Assembly: GCF_018977255.1 (NCBI RefSeq)
Contig: NW_024704742.1
Span: 81,904,001 to 81,968,000 of the forward strand
Direction of reading: 5' to 3'
Source: Callorhinchus milii
Lineage: Eukaryota
Length of the DNA: 64,000 nt
The position numbers were made by a program, and so were the translations under genes. Position 1 is the stretch's first letter, and each line of letters begins with the position of its first letter. Below are positions 26,297-39,655 of this stretch, piece by piece. The notes beneath the pieces were generated by a model. It saw only the letters and a list, made by a program, of their open reading frames with translations. It made no database searches and had not been told where the DNA came from.

Positions 26297-28210
26297 AACA
26301 ACAACAAGTTGCACTTATATAGCGCCCTCCATGCTGGGTGGCATCTCAGAGCGCTTAACAATGATGGAGCCCAAGGCCGAGCCAGGGGGAAGGGGGAAGG
26401 TGACCGTAGGCACGGTCGAAAAAGAAGGTCTTCAGGCGTGACAGGGAAGGAGGGGGCAAGGCGAAGGGGTTGAGGGAGGAAGTTCCAAAGTTTTGGGGCA
26501 TAGTGGCTGAAGGCACAGCTGCTGATGGTGGAGCAGGGGATTCGGGGGACGTGGAGGAGGCTGGATGCAGTAGAGTGGAGGCAGTGGGAGAGAGGAGGTT
26601 AGAGAGATGGGGGGGTGCCAAGGAATGGAGGGATTTAAACACTAGACTGAGGAACTTGAAGTCAATCCACTGTGTGACAGGGAGCCAGTGGAGTCTGGCA
26701 AGGACTGGAATAATTGGGGTACGAAGTTTGGTGAGGGTGAGAATGCGGGTGACGGAGTTTTGAATAAGCTGGATTTTGTGAATAGCAGAGGAGTGGAGAT
26801 CAGCGAGGAGGGCATTACAGTAGTCCAGCTGAGAGGTGACACAGGCATTGACAAGGGTTTTGGTAGCTTTTGGGTTGAGGTATTGTCAGAGACAAGCAAT
26901 GTGGCAGAGGTGGAAGAAAGCGGTGCTGGTCAGGGAGTCTGGATGTGGGGGAGGAAGGATAACTGGAGATCGAACCTGACGCCTAAGTTGCGCTCATCCA
27001 GCTCCCGATATCTGACAGATAAAACTGACAGAACATCCAGGGACTGAGGGTCGCAGCTGGAGATGGAAAAATCGAGTTGAGTGTCATCCCCATACATGTG
27101 GAAGTTAACCCCATGTCTATGGATGACATCACTGAGAGGGAGCATATAAATGAGAAAGAGAAGGGAACTAAGGATGGATCCTTGGGGTAACCCAGAGGTC
27201 ACCGTGTGGAAGCAAGAAGAAAAACCATTTGCAGAAATGTAGTGCTGACGGTTTGTAATGTAGAACTCGAACCAAGCGAGTGCAGTCCCACTGAGGTGGA
27301 TGATGGAGGACAGACAGTGGAGGAGGATGACGTGGTTGACTGTGTCGATCACAGCGGAGAGATCTAGGAGGATGAGGCGGCAGAGGGAGCCCTGGTCACA
27401 GATAGAGAGCATATCGTTTGTGACCTTCACGAGCATTGTTTCTGTACTGCGGACAGGGCAGAAACGGACTGGAAGGTTTTGAGTAGGGTGTAGAGGGCAA
27501 TGGTGTGTATGAAGTTGGTTGGCAATAATGCACAATGATGCACAGGTTGGAAATGTCGAGGCCATGTGTGATGAAGACGTCACTGTTGCGGGTCGGCGAG
27601 TTGATGTGGAGGGTGAGGATTAGAGAGGAGAGGAGGGGAGTAAAATCAGAGGATGTGGTGCAAGGAGAGCTTAGTTGGAGGTTGAAGTTTCCCATAATGA
27701 GCAGGCGTTCTGAGCAGAGGGACAGGGAGGAGAGGAGAGCAGAGATATCGAAGAGGAAAGAGCCAGGGGTTTTGGGGAGCTGTAAACCAGGAAAATTTTG
27801 AATGAGAATTAGGAGGAATGGTAGAGGGTGAGGTGCTCAAATGAGGAGAAGCAGCCAGAGGAATAAAGGAATAGACCAAGGGAAGCTTGGGAGATGAGGG
27901 CCACTCTGCCACGATATTGGTTAGGACGGGGGGTGTGGTGGAAGTGTAGCCATGAGGTGAGGCTGCAACTAGGGGGCACAGTCGCTGGAGGAGAGCCAGG
28001 TGTCCGTAAGCCCAAGAATATCCATGTGCTCATCCAGGATGAGATCATGGATAGTGAGAGCTTTATTGGAGAGAGAGCGGACATTTTATAGGGAAATGCG
28101 GATGGTTTTGCTGGTGGGGGGGACAGAGGAGACGGTGGTATGGAGTTGTGGAGGAGAAATAACTGTGGAGTTTGAGGAGCAGGGAGTGTTGGTGAGGTTA
28201 TGGATGAGGG
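26297..28210 (-). mobile_element. L2 LINE with APE endonuclease and RT remnants, internally deleted
   Basis: RT motifs LLDLSAVIDTV, GLPQGSILSS, HMYGDDTQL (ORF 26930-27583); APE-like MGNFN near 27690; (AAC)n tail at 26297. Confidence 0.9.
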
Positions 28211-28832
28211 AGGTATAGAAACCAAACAGAATTTCGTATGAGTATGCAATCTACAAATGGAATTTTTTCTGTATCTTGAATGGACAGTTTCTCCCCTGAT
28301 CAAAATACTCTGCTTAATTAATTTCAAAAATAATTAGGCACAGATTGGCAGGAGTTAAGGTTTGAGAACCCCAGATTGTGCGTTGGGGCTATGCTCAAGT
28401 CTACCCAACTTAGGTCACGTAGCTTGCCATTCAGATCACTGTTTGGGAAATCCTGAGAAGAAATATTATGTTGACACGATAAAGCTTTATATCAAATTGT
28501 GTTATTATTTGCTAACTTCAAAAAGATTTCATGCCCCTATGATCTTATTCATTTGTAAAGAATCAAAAGTTATTCCAAATTCTAAAAGATTTTTGAGAGA
28601 ATAATTGGTGAAAGTTTCTTCAATTGGTAAATCAGTAACTGGGGGAAAGGAGAACTCAAGATTTTCTCTGAAAAAATTAAGAGTGCATTGACAATACCTT
28701 TTCAAGCAGAAAACTTTTACAAGATGGCACATTTTATCACAAGTAGCTGACACTGAGATCCAATCCTGCATACTTTTATTTACATTGATAGTTAAAAGAC
28801 ATACGCAATACAAAATTGTATTCTTTAAAATG

Positions 28833-29222
28833 TCAGTCTGACTCATTGGTAGTACTTACACTTTCGAGTCAGAAGTTTCTGAGTTCAAGTTCCACTTTGG
28901 GACTTTGAACACAAATGGTCAAGGTGGACACTACAATTTAGTAATGGGGTGTGCTGCACTATCGGAGGTACCATTCTTTAGATGAGTTGTCACACCAAGT
29001 TCCCATCTGTGCCTGTTCAGGTGGATAGTAAAGGTCACACTAGTTGATAGAGAAGGGATTTTCCTGGTGTTCGACCAACTATCTCCCATATAAAATTGCT
29101 GCCACAATCAGCTACGACATACATACACAGTAACTACACTAATCATCAAGTTCTGTGAAGTACTTTGAAACACATTTCTGATGTGAAATACAGTTTGTCA
29201 AATGCAAGGTTTATTATTATTG
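28833..29222 (+). mobile_element. Deu-domain SINE, full length, old
   Basis: tRNA-like head, CTGTTCAGGTGGA Deu motif, L2-type tail with (TTA)n. Confidence 0.7.
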
Positions 29223-31259
29223 TAATGTGAAATGTGCCAATTTGAAAACAACATTTTAAAAAATTGGACTTGTTCCCTCCCTCACTTCATTCAAGGTCCA
29301 TCTCAAGACTGCTTTCAGTCATCTTTCCCCTCCCCACTCCCATCAGCTCCCACCACCAGCAATATAGTATTATACAAATATTAAGAGGAACAACATGAAA
29401 GGGTACAGGAAAAGAGTAGGCAATTGGGATTTGTATAGTGGGCTATAGTAGAGCAACAACTGCCAGTTCATTGGAATGAATGATCTGGCATGAGTTCCTT
29501 CTGCTCAATAATTTCTTTGCTACGATGATTCTAAATGACATTTTATAGTTTAATTTGTTCTTTTTGATGAATAGCTTTGATAGTAAATAGTAAATGTAGT
29601 TTTCGCTAACCTTTGGTCAGATGTTGTAGGCTGTTTCTTAGTTGAAAAAATATCTTGGTAGTGAGCATACAGTGGGAATTAGTGCAGCGATTTACAGGTT
29701 GCTATGCCATATTTTGAACCTCATTTTAGTTGCACATCAGCAGCTAAACAAACATATAGTAAAACATAAATAAGTCAGACCATATTCCTGCAGTGAAGTT
29801 TGAGGCTGTTGGATTCAAATAACAAATCTAGCTGTTAAATGCTTTTGAAAGGTTACCATTATGTTATCGAGAGACACAAAGAGAACATAATCTGGTTTGC
29901 CAAGCTATCTATCAAAGTAAGTGGGAAGTGGGATCCAGTGAGGCTGCACATGGCAAGCAATGCAATACATCATACTTCTAACTGTACTGAGATGAAATCT
30001 TGACATGTTAAAATTGCTGACTTAAAGCATAGTTTTAGTGGAAACAATCACCAAGCAGTAGGAGAAGGTAAAAAAAAAACCTTGGGGAGGAGGAGGAGAG
30101 CACAAAAGGGCAGATAGATAACTTCACAATCAGATTGTACTTTATAAGAATGGAATATTTCATATTCAAGAAAGTGGATTTAATCCTTGGAGATACTCCG
30201 TTCTATGTATTTTTTTATCCCTATCCATCATAAAGAGGGGCTTCCAGAAATCTTTCTTTCTTCAGGGCAAATAAATGACTCACAATATCCATTGTGACTC
30301 TCAAGCCAATCTACAGACCAATTTTCAAAACAATTGAGGCTCCACAAGGTCATTTCCAGCTTTGCAGTGTTTCTGAAAATGCCTTTTGCAGAGGATTTGC
30401 AATTACGCCACGCTTTTAGTTGGGGGTCTTGTATACATTTCAAGGACGTACAAAAAATGTTGCAACAATTTCCATCTGTCTGGAGGTGTTTCATTGCAAA
30501 TCAGTTACAAATCCTTCCCGAAATCCTATTTTTAGTTTTTTTCTTCCACAAGTCACAGGCATGTGAGGAAGGCACTTGCACCTGATTTGAATCCTTCTCA
30601 AGCTGTTGGAAAGGGATATTTAAAGGTACGCTGAAGGGAATTGTTTTCCCAATACATCCTCAATAAAAAGAGAGGTGTTTGAGGTCCAAATAAATCCTCT
30701 GGTGATCTTGCCACGTACTGTGTTGCCATTTCCTGGGGAGATGAGGGTTAGCTCACCCCGTATAGAACTCTTCACAAGGAAATACAAGACTCTATTTTCA
30801 AGATGTCAAATATTGTTGCAGTTAAGATCAACCTCAGCTTCTATGTTGCTGATAACTTTTCAAATGTCAATGGCTGCTATAAGAGAGGCATGCTTGTCAG
30901 AATGTAAAATAATAATAATCCTTGAATTTGATATATCGCCTTATCACATTGTTGAGACAACCCAAAGTAGTTCACAGAATATATTGTAAAGTGAATTGAT
31001 TGTGTATTTTGTGGGTGAAATGCTGCAGCCAATTGTGCACAACATCACCTGGGTACACAGTGCTTTGTTGCACAAAACTGCCTTTTTAAGCAGCAACAGA
31101 AAATGTAACAGGGACACCTTGCCCTTGTGCCACTTTGTAATGTTTCGGGGCAACTAAATATTTAAATAATGTGGGAGCGTCTCAAGAGCTTTGAAACATC
31201 GTCCCGACGTGAAAGACGTTATATAAATATAAATTGTGTTGTATTATAAAGTGAGCCGC

Positions 31260-31900
31260 AAGCCTGTAAATTATAGATCAGCTATGCTAAATATAACCTC
31301 CACTGTAACATGTGTTGAGATGTCCACAACATGATTCTAGCTGTCAGCCAGATGCACGGAGGATATGACAAATCACCAAAAATCTATCAACCTTGTTGGT
31401 TGTTAAGTAAGTGCTTGACTCTGGATGTCTGGAAGATGAATGAATTGTTGTAGGTACCTGGGTACAAGGTATTTGCAGGTATGACCTTCATGTCGTAATA
31501 GGTTCATTGATGGAGAAATACACCTTACAGTTGTAGATTTTGACAGAAGAATCGGATGTTGGCAACGTGCATTCCATCAGTGCCATTTTGCACCCTGGGG
31601 AGACCAGCAATCTGAACAACCAACTGTTACCTGGCACGGTTTCTTCCAATGCTGTTTTGGAACATGATGAATTGTTTTATCTTTGGAAATAGGGTCGCTG
31701 TGACCCTGTGGCTAGCATGAGACAAACAATTGTACCTAATGCTAGCAAAGCAGATGGACTTTGTGGGAGGCTGAAGGCAATAAAAGTTCAATGTATCAAT
31801 GACTGTCATAGCTAAAGGGACCAATGTGTGATGGTACAATGTGGGCTCCAAATCAGGTTGCAGGACGGTGCACAGGTCTCCAACCATTTGATGTGGTCCT
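31260..31900 (-). pseudogene. PIF/Harbinger DDE transposase fossil (HARBI1-like family)
   Basis: Colinear manual translations across frameshifts: DLCTVLQPDLEP...LNFY...VTATLFPKIKQFIMF, IAGLPRVQNGTDGMHV, IYNCKVYFSIN, YPGTYNNSFIFQTS, FGDLSYPPCIWL. Confidence 0.75.
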
Positions 31901-32074
31901 CTGGATCTGATTTCTTCAATGCCTCTCTCACTGTCATTTCTAATCCTCACACACACATGCGCAAGCTACATATCATCCAAAAATTCCAGACTGTATTCTT
32001 TGCGATACCAGACTCTGTAGGCTATTGTCCCCATCCTTGCCAAGCTCCACTGCCACCCCACCTCACCATTACCC

Positions 32075-32450
32075 AACAACGACAACAGCAACAACAAATG
32101 ATACTTGTATAGCGCCCTTCACATCGGAATGACATCCCAGAGCACTGAGCAACCAGGAGTTTTGGACCCGACCTGGGAGTTGGGGTCAGAAGGGGAGGAA
32201 GGCAGTGAATGTGGGTGTGGGAGGGTGGTCAAAGGCACAATCGAATAGGAAGGTCTTCAGACAGGACTTGAAGGAGCCAAGAGAGGGGTTTACGCAGAGT
32301 GATTGTGGGACAGAGTTTCAGCATGTGGGAGCAGAGATGCTGAATGCCCGACCGCCAATGGTGGGGCGGAAAGTGCGGGGGACCTGAAGCAGGCCAGTGT
32401 CCGCTGAGCGGAGGGAGCAGACAGGCTGCTTTGGGGTTATGAGGTCAGAG
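32075..32450 (-). mobile_element. L2 3' fragment
   Basis: (CAA)n tail followed by the reverse complement of the L2 3' UTR and ORF2 end. Confidence 0.8.
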
Positions 32451-33433
32451 ATTGTTTTTAAGATCCTTGTTCTGAATTTCAAATGCAATCAAACCCTTAC
32501 CCCAATCTACCTTTTTGGTCCTTCTGCTGTGAAAGGTGCTATATAAATATAATTTGTTGTTGTTCTTGCTGTCGATTTCCTATGATCCGACTCCATGCTG
32601 ACTGCCCCCTCTCTGTTACCTCTGATAATTGATACATTTGTGATGAAGATGGAAAGGAAAGATAACTGAGAGAAATAGAGATGTTACAATGATGTATGGA
32701 GAGCTTTGCTAAAATAAGGTGAAGGCAAAGTATAGAAGCAGAAAGAAGGAGCTCGGATTACTCAATACTGACATTGGTGGGTGTCTGAATGGACATTTCC
32801 ATTGGAAACAATTGAAGTTTCCATTTATCAACAAATCCACCCCTCATCTTGAGCTGTGGTGCAGAAAGACTCTCTGGAGCATAAAACAGAGGATGTTTAT
32901 TCATCAATCGAGAGCTTCTAAATGTAAACTATTATGTATTTTAGCCAATTAACCCTCCAACCAGCATTGGATTTTTCATGCCTGTCCTGTCAACTGCTTT
33001 CCTTTGGGAAATTATCCTGCTGTCCAGAGCATGGAAGGAAGATCCAAGGCCTGACTTAGTCAGGAGATGCCAGACTGGTTATCTGGTGTTGGAGGGAGGA
33101 TGTTGTTCAAAATGTCAAAGTAGCAGTGATCTGAAAGACGAAAAGTCAAAGTGAATACTCATTATTTAACAAGACACACAGGGGACAAATCACACTACTC
33201 TTCAAAGGCAGTAAAGCAATTGCAGCTCAGAATTCTGAGCACTGCTTGTGCTGCATCAACCATAGCATTGAATCATTAGACAATACCGCACAGTCATTGG
33301 GAACAAATGGGAACTCCCAAGCTCACCTGCCCTGACCAACAATATTAATATCAAGTATCACACTGTGGACAGGAAGTGATACTTCAATAAATGGATCAAA
33401 ATTTATGTTTACCTAACAATGTGGGAACAGTGA

Positions 33434-33692
33434 ACAACAACAACACATTACATTTGTGTTGCTCCTTGTACACCTGTAGAATGGCCAAAGGTGCTGGACA
33501 GTCAGGGATTTGGACCCAAGATGGAAGTTGGGATCAAGAGAGGTTGGTGGCAGGGAGGGTAGGAGGGTGACTGCAGACGCAGTCGAAGAGAAGGGTATTG
33601 AGACGGGCCATGAAGGAGGTAAGGGAGGGAGCAATGTAAAAGGAATGTGGGATGGAGTTCCAAAGGGTGGGGCAGCGAAGTTGAAGGCCCGA
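33434..33692 (-). mobile_element. L2 3' fragment
   Basis: (AAC)n tail; similar to the reverse complement of 38520-38720. Confidence 0.7.
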
Positions 33693-33710
33693 TCAGTTAA
33701 TTCAACTATC

Positions 33711-34085
33711 GGAGTCCTGTAGCTTAGTGGTTAGAGCACTCACCTTGCAAACGAGACAATCTGGGTTTGATTGCTGGCAGAGCGAAACATTGGGCAAGTT
33801 TCCTTCCTACACACGCCTCTGTTTACCTAGAATTAAGAAGGAACCCAGTTGTTAGTCGATTGGCGGGTCGCTTTTCCGGGAATACTAATTCCTTAAAAAA
33901 AAATGTGGTCACTCAATCCACGACTGTTTGTGGGACACTGCTGTGCACAACTGACTGCTGTGTTTTGCCCACAAAATACAAAGTCAATTCATTTTACAGC
34001 ATATTCTGTGAAGCGCTTTGAGACTCGAAGATGTGATAAAGTCCTATATCAAATGTAAGGATAATTATTGTTATTATTATTATTA
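33711..34085 (+). mobile_element. tRNA-derived SINE, long variant, full length
   Basis: GGAGTCCTGTAGCTTAGTGG head, extra internal segment, (ATT)n tail. Confidence 0.85.
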
Positions 34086-36681
34086 GCTTTGTGTACAAAA
34101 TAAAACATTTGCTCAGTAAAATTCTGCAGCACTGATATTTCTATTGTTTGCACTTTCATTGACAACAACAAAGTATGGAACTGTGTGTGAGGACTCTTTT
34201 CGCTACTGTAATACAACTGAGTTATTTTACCCCATGCTCCTGAATTACATCATTCCTTGTCACTGGCCCAGACCTGCCCCAATCCCCAAACCACTGCTGT
34301 AATTTGCACCATGCTGTTAATTATTTTGATGCTTGTGTTACATTAACTGCTGTGGATTAAGAAAAAAAGCTGGCATGCAATTTTGCTACAAAATTATCTT
34401 CATCTTCCCGGCCCCATGATTAATCTTCAGAAATATTTGGGTGTCATAACACCAGACCTAAGAATGCAAAGTTGTAGTAAATGTAAGCTATCAGGCCTCC
34501 CCTTGTGAGTCTCAGTGAATGAATAGCAATTTATTAATTTGAATAATTGTGGCTGAATCTTCCCGTCTGTGGCAATGTGGCTGCTGAGATATAGTGGTAT
34601 GGTTATTTTGGCAGTAATCCTATGTTTTGCATAGTTTGCATAAATCTAGATTTCCAGCCTTAAATTGAGCAAAGCAAAGCCATAGTGGATTAGTGCACGG
34701 TGAACAAAACAAATTAATTTCATGGAGCAACTTGATGAAAATAAGGCTATGGCTTTTCTTCAGTGCAGCTTCATCTGGCTTCATTTACCTTCAGCTACAA
34801 ATATTATTGTGAGCAAATTGGCTTCCCACACAGGTGCCTCACTTTCAAGTAAATTCTTTATAGTGAAGTACTTTGGGATATCCACCTAATGCCAGAGTTT
34901 ATGTTCATGGATCCTCCACGGGGTCAGAAAAAAATACAACAACCACTGTGGCTCTCAAGACTGGCCCAAGTGGCTGGACAGAACCTGAAATGTTCTTAGA
35001 AATGAACAAGTGTAGCTGGAAGCTGATGGACAGAAATAACCTGCTCTATGTTATACAACAACAAAGCAACTTGCATTTATATTGGGCCCTTCATGTGGAG
35101 TGGTGTTTCGGAGCTCTCAACAGTGGTGAAGCTCGATATGCCAGGGAGAGGGGGGAGGCACTGTAGGTAGAGTCAAAGAGTAAGATGGTTAAGGAGAGGG
35201 CAATGCATAGGGATTAAGGCGAGCTTTAAAGCACAGCTATATAATCAACAACTATTGCAATAATAGCAACAATAACTTGCATTTTTATAGGATCCTTTAT
35301 GTAGGATAGCGCACTTCACGTAGCATAACATTTACAATGGTGTGATAGGTGACTGAGCATAGGAGTGGGGGAAGGTACCGGTCAAAGAAATTAATTTTAA
35401 GGTAGGACTTTAAAACAGATAAGAAAAGGGGAAGATAGAGTGGAAGTGGAAGCGAGTTCCAGAGGTTAGGGGTGTGAAATCTAAAGATGTGGCCATGGAT
35501 AGTGGTGCAGAGATGGTGGGATGGGGGCAGGGTAATCCAAGGATTTTGGGTAATTTGGGAAGAAACATTTGCCCTTATTCATCCGCATGATATTATTTGT
35601 ACAACTTTAAAGTAACTCAACAGAGGCTTGGGAAAAAATTCATGTTTTCTATGGACCCAGTGATGCACTTCAATGGATGACCAAGACATTGGCTAAATGT
35701 CCAGCCATGGCCTCAAACAGGAAGATTCACAATGATTGATGATTGTTTATTATAGTCTGGTTCCACTTTCTCCTACCAATCTAGAATTAGGGTTGATAAG
35801 AGCAATTTCAAGACAGATAACAGGAAGTTTTGTTTATGCAGAGGGAAATTAATGACTGGAACAGGTTGCCAGGATTGATGGTAGAGGCTAGGGCACTGGA
35901 CTCATTGAAAAAGCAGCTTGAATCTGGAATGGGAGGACAGTAAGGTGGATATTCTGGAGAGATAATATTAATAATCCTTGCATTTGATATGCGCTTTATT
36001 ACTTCGTTGAGACGTCTCAAAGTGCTTCATAGAATATATTGTAAAGTGGGTTGACTGTGTATTTGTGGGCAAAACAGGAGAGCCAATTTTGCACAGCAGA
36101 CACGGACAAACAGTCCTGGAGTGAGTAAACCTTTTTTTTTGTTTTTTGGAGTTGTTATTACCACCAGAAAGTGATCCAGATGAGATCAGATGGACGGAAG
36201 ACCTTCTTCATCTGAACCAGTCTTGTGATCTTGTGATCTATCAATAAAAATATTCTATTTATTCAGATTTCCAATTTTAACGTGCCTAAAATGACCAGTG
36301 GTTCTGATACAAATCTCATTTTGGCTCCTGAAACCAAGTTGTATTTGATCTTTCGCACAAAGCTTTCTTTTGTAACTCGGCAGTTGCTGAATCAAGACAC
36401 TTTTGGTGATCGAAATATTTCTGGACATTATTCATAAGAAGTATTCCAGAAGATAATTTCAAAGATAGGAGATTCTGTGATTTATAGGCATTTCAGATTG
36501 GTTTGACATTTAACCAATAAAAAATGCCCTAGTTTTTTTTGGAAGATTTCTTATGAAGACATTGGAATTCTATCTTCTCCACCCCCCTCCCCACTCCCCG
36601 TACATATGCAGACATATACACACACACCACACAGACACACAAGCACACATGCAAAAGTAATATGAGCACAAAATAAATGTG

Positions 36682-37050
36682 GAGGCCTGTAGCTTAGGGG
36701 TTGGAGCACTTATCTTGCAAGCAAGATACTTGGGTTTGATGACCGGCAAGGCAAAATGTTGGGCAAATTCCACAGACCTCTGTTTACCCAGCAATAAGTT
36801 GGAACCCAGTTGTTAGTCAATTGGAGGATCGCTTTTCCGGGGGTAATAATTCCTTCAAAATAAATAAAAATAAATTGGTCACCTAACCCATGACACTTCG
36901 TGGGACACTGCTGTGCACAATTGGCTGCCACGTTTCACCCACAAAATATATAGTAAATTCACTTTACAGCATATCCTGTGAAGTGCTTTGAGACGTCACG
37001 AAGATACGATAAGACATTAAATCAAATGCAAAAATGATTATTATTATTAC
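36682..37050 (+). mobile_element. tRNA-derived SINE, long variant, full length
   Basis: Colinear with 33711-34085. Confidence 0.8.
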
Positions 37051-37539
37051 AATAATAAATTATGTCTGCTTCGATAATTTTAAAATATGATCTTCAGCAA
37101 GACAATACAATACGGGTATTTTTTTGGTGCAATGGAGCAAGAGAAAGAAACTGCATTCACTTAATTTCATTCAGTTTTGTGACTTTGGGTGAAACTGGGA
37201 ACTGACAAATTCATTCCTATGCATTTATAAAATAACAGCAGGAAATGACAGGAATAGAATTTCCTTGCACCTTGCATGAAACAGCTCTGTTGGATACTGT
37301 TAGTATTAGGCTGGCAGCAGAGACAAACCCAGCCTTAAAGGAGCACTCCCCAGGGTAACGTAACCATTCTCTGCACTTGTTTACGAATTGAGCTTATTGT
37401 CGTGCCTGCATATGCAATTCCTCAAAACTATCCGTTTCACTGTGACACGGCCTATAATAGCAGTACGTACAACTTGTTTGTGGGAACAACCAAACAATGA
37501 AGTGCCACAAAATGTCCGAGTGCTTTGGTTTTGATGTAT

Positions 37540-38745
37540 GCTCTGTCTCCTTGTCCTCCTTGACTTCTCTGCTGCCTTTGAAATTTTGGACCACTCTATC
37601 CTTCTCCACCACCTCCCCTCTCACTTTAACCTTCAAGGTTCTGTCCTTGAATGTTTCAGATCCTATCTCTCACGCTGGCTCCACTTTGTCTCCACAAATG
37701 GCTTCTTCTTCAGCCCCCGCACCATCTTCTGTGGGGTTCCTCAGGGCACTGTCCTTGGTCATCTCCTCTTCAACCTGTATATGCTCCCTCTTGATGGCAT
37801 CATCTGTAGACATGGGGTCAATTTCCACATGCACAAGAATAACACCCAACTCTATCTCTCTGCCTCATCCTTGACCCCAGGACCACTGCTATCCTGACAG
37901 ACTGCCTGTCAGTCATCAAGTCCTGGATGATAGCTGACTTTCTCCAGTCAGCAAAACCAAGGGCTTCGTGATTGGTTCATGCCAATGCCTCCTCACTTCA
38001 GGCACTGGCAGCATCAGCAACCACAGAAGCACACTCCACTCACCAAGCTATCAGGAACATAGGCATCTTGTTCGACCCTCAACTGTCCTTTCTCCCCCTT
38101 ATCCATGCCATGATCTGCTCTGCCTTTCCCCCAATGCAACAATGCCTGACTCTGCCACTGCCTCATCCCTTAGGCAACTGAAACCCTCATACATGCTTTA
38201 ATTACAACTAGGCTCAACAATACCAATGCTCTGCTTGTCGGCCTTCCCAACTCTTCACTCCACGAGCTGCGAATCATCTAGAACTCTGCAGCTCATGTCC
38301 TCTTCCATACCAGGCTACATGACCCCATCGCACCCACCATTGCCCGGTTCCACTGACTCCCCATACCTCAGAGGATCAAGTGCAAAATTCTTGTCCTCAC
38401 CTTCACGTGCCCGATCCAACCTCTCCAATTGCTAACCCCTTATTAACCTGTTCACTCCCACCGATCAACAGGTTCCAGCCTGCTCCATGTCCTCCGTCTG
38501 GCCCATCCCACCATTGGTGGTCGGGCCTTCAGCCTCTCTGCCCCCATTCTTTGGAACTCCATCCCACATTCCCTTCACCTCGCTCCCTCCCTTGTCTCCT
38601 TCAAGGCACACCTTAAGACCCACCTCTTTGCCAATGCCCTCAACCACCCTCCCCACCTTCCACCCTCCCTGATCCCAACCTAATGCCCTAATCCCTGACA
38701 GCTCAGCACCTTGGGGCATCCTCCTGATTGGAAATGCACTTTTTA
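37540..38745 (+). mobile_element. L2 LINE, 5'-truncated, RT remnant
   Basis: ORF 37538-37897 [13 protein letters not shown]...GVPQGTVLG with degenerate YADD; L2 3' UTR follows. Confidence 0.9.
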
Positions 38746-38829
38746 GAAATTTAATTTTGTACCATATTTGTATGTTAATATACGGTGAAAAACTGTAAAC
38801 TTGCAAGGAAAAGTATGTGACATCGAGCT

Positions 38830-39655
38830 TGTGACATCGAGGCCTGGATGATCACAAACTTGTTGCAATTGAATGTTGACTCAACGGAAACCATATTCCT
38901 TCACTCCTGTCAACATCTTCTCTCATGCGGCTCTGACCTCCACAACCTCCCCAGCCTATCCTTAAAACTTACCAAATTTGTGCATAACCTGAGTGTCAGG
39001 TTTGATGTCCAGCTGTCCTTCCTACACCACATCCCTTCCTTGACCAGAACTGCAATCCTCCACCTCTGTCACATTGCTTGCCTCCACCCGTACCTCACAT
39101 CCAACACAGCCAAAACTCTCATCCACACATTCATCAGCTCCCATCTCGATATTCCAATATCCTCCCACCTTGATTATCCCAGCTACATTGTCCACTAAAT
39201 CCAGTTAATTCAAAACTTGCTACATCAAACTCTGTACCCCCTCATACCAGTCCTTGCCAGGCTCCATTGGCTCTGTATTGCTGAACAGATCGACTTCAAG
39301 ATCCCCATACTCATCTACAAATTACTTCATTCCCTGGCACGATTCTACCTCTCCGACCTGCTTACACCCAACTTCTCCACCTGCCACCTCTGCTCAGCTG
39401 GCTCTGGCCTTCTGCAGATCCCTCCTGCTCTCAGATCCATCATCAGTGGCCATGCTTTCAACCACTATGCCTTGATACATTAGATCTGTCTCTCTGAATT
39501 TCTCCACCTGGCCTCCTCCATCATGCCTGAAGACCTTCCTCTTCAACCATGCCTATGGTTACCACCCCAGCTCAGCGTGAGGCTATGCCACTCTTAGACA
39601 CTCCGAGACGCTACCCTGTGTGAGGCGCATTATATAGATGCAAGTTGTTGTTGTT
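38830..39655 (+). mobile_element. L2 LINE 3' portion (second subfamily)
   Basis: LQLNVDSTE, LHWL...IDFKI motifs; (TTG)n tail at about 39645-39655. Confidence 0.85.

Noticed and set aside
32719..33400. Possible DIRS-like RT/RNase H remnant
   Set aside because: Motif resemblance too weak and not consistently colinear
34677..34756. AAAGCCATAG...CTATGGCTTT as a miRNA hairpin
   Set aside because: Only about 10 bp of stem around a ~60-nt unpaired interior
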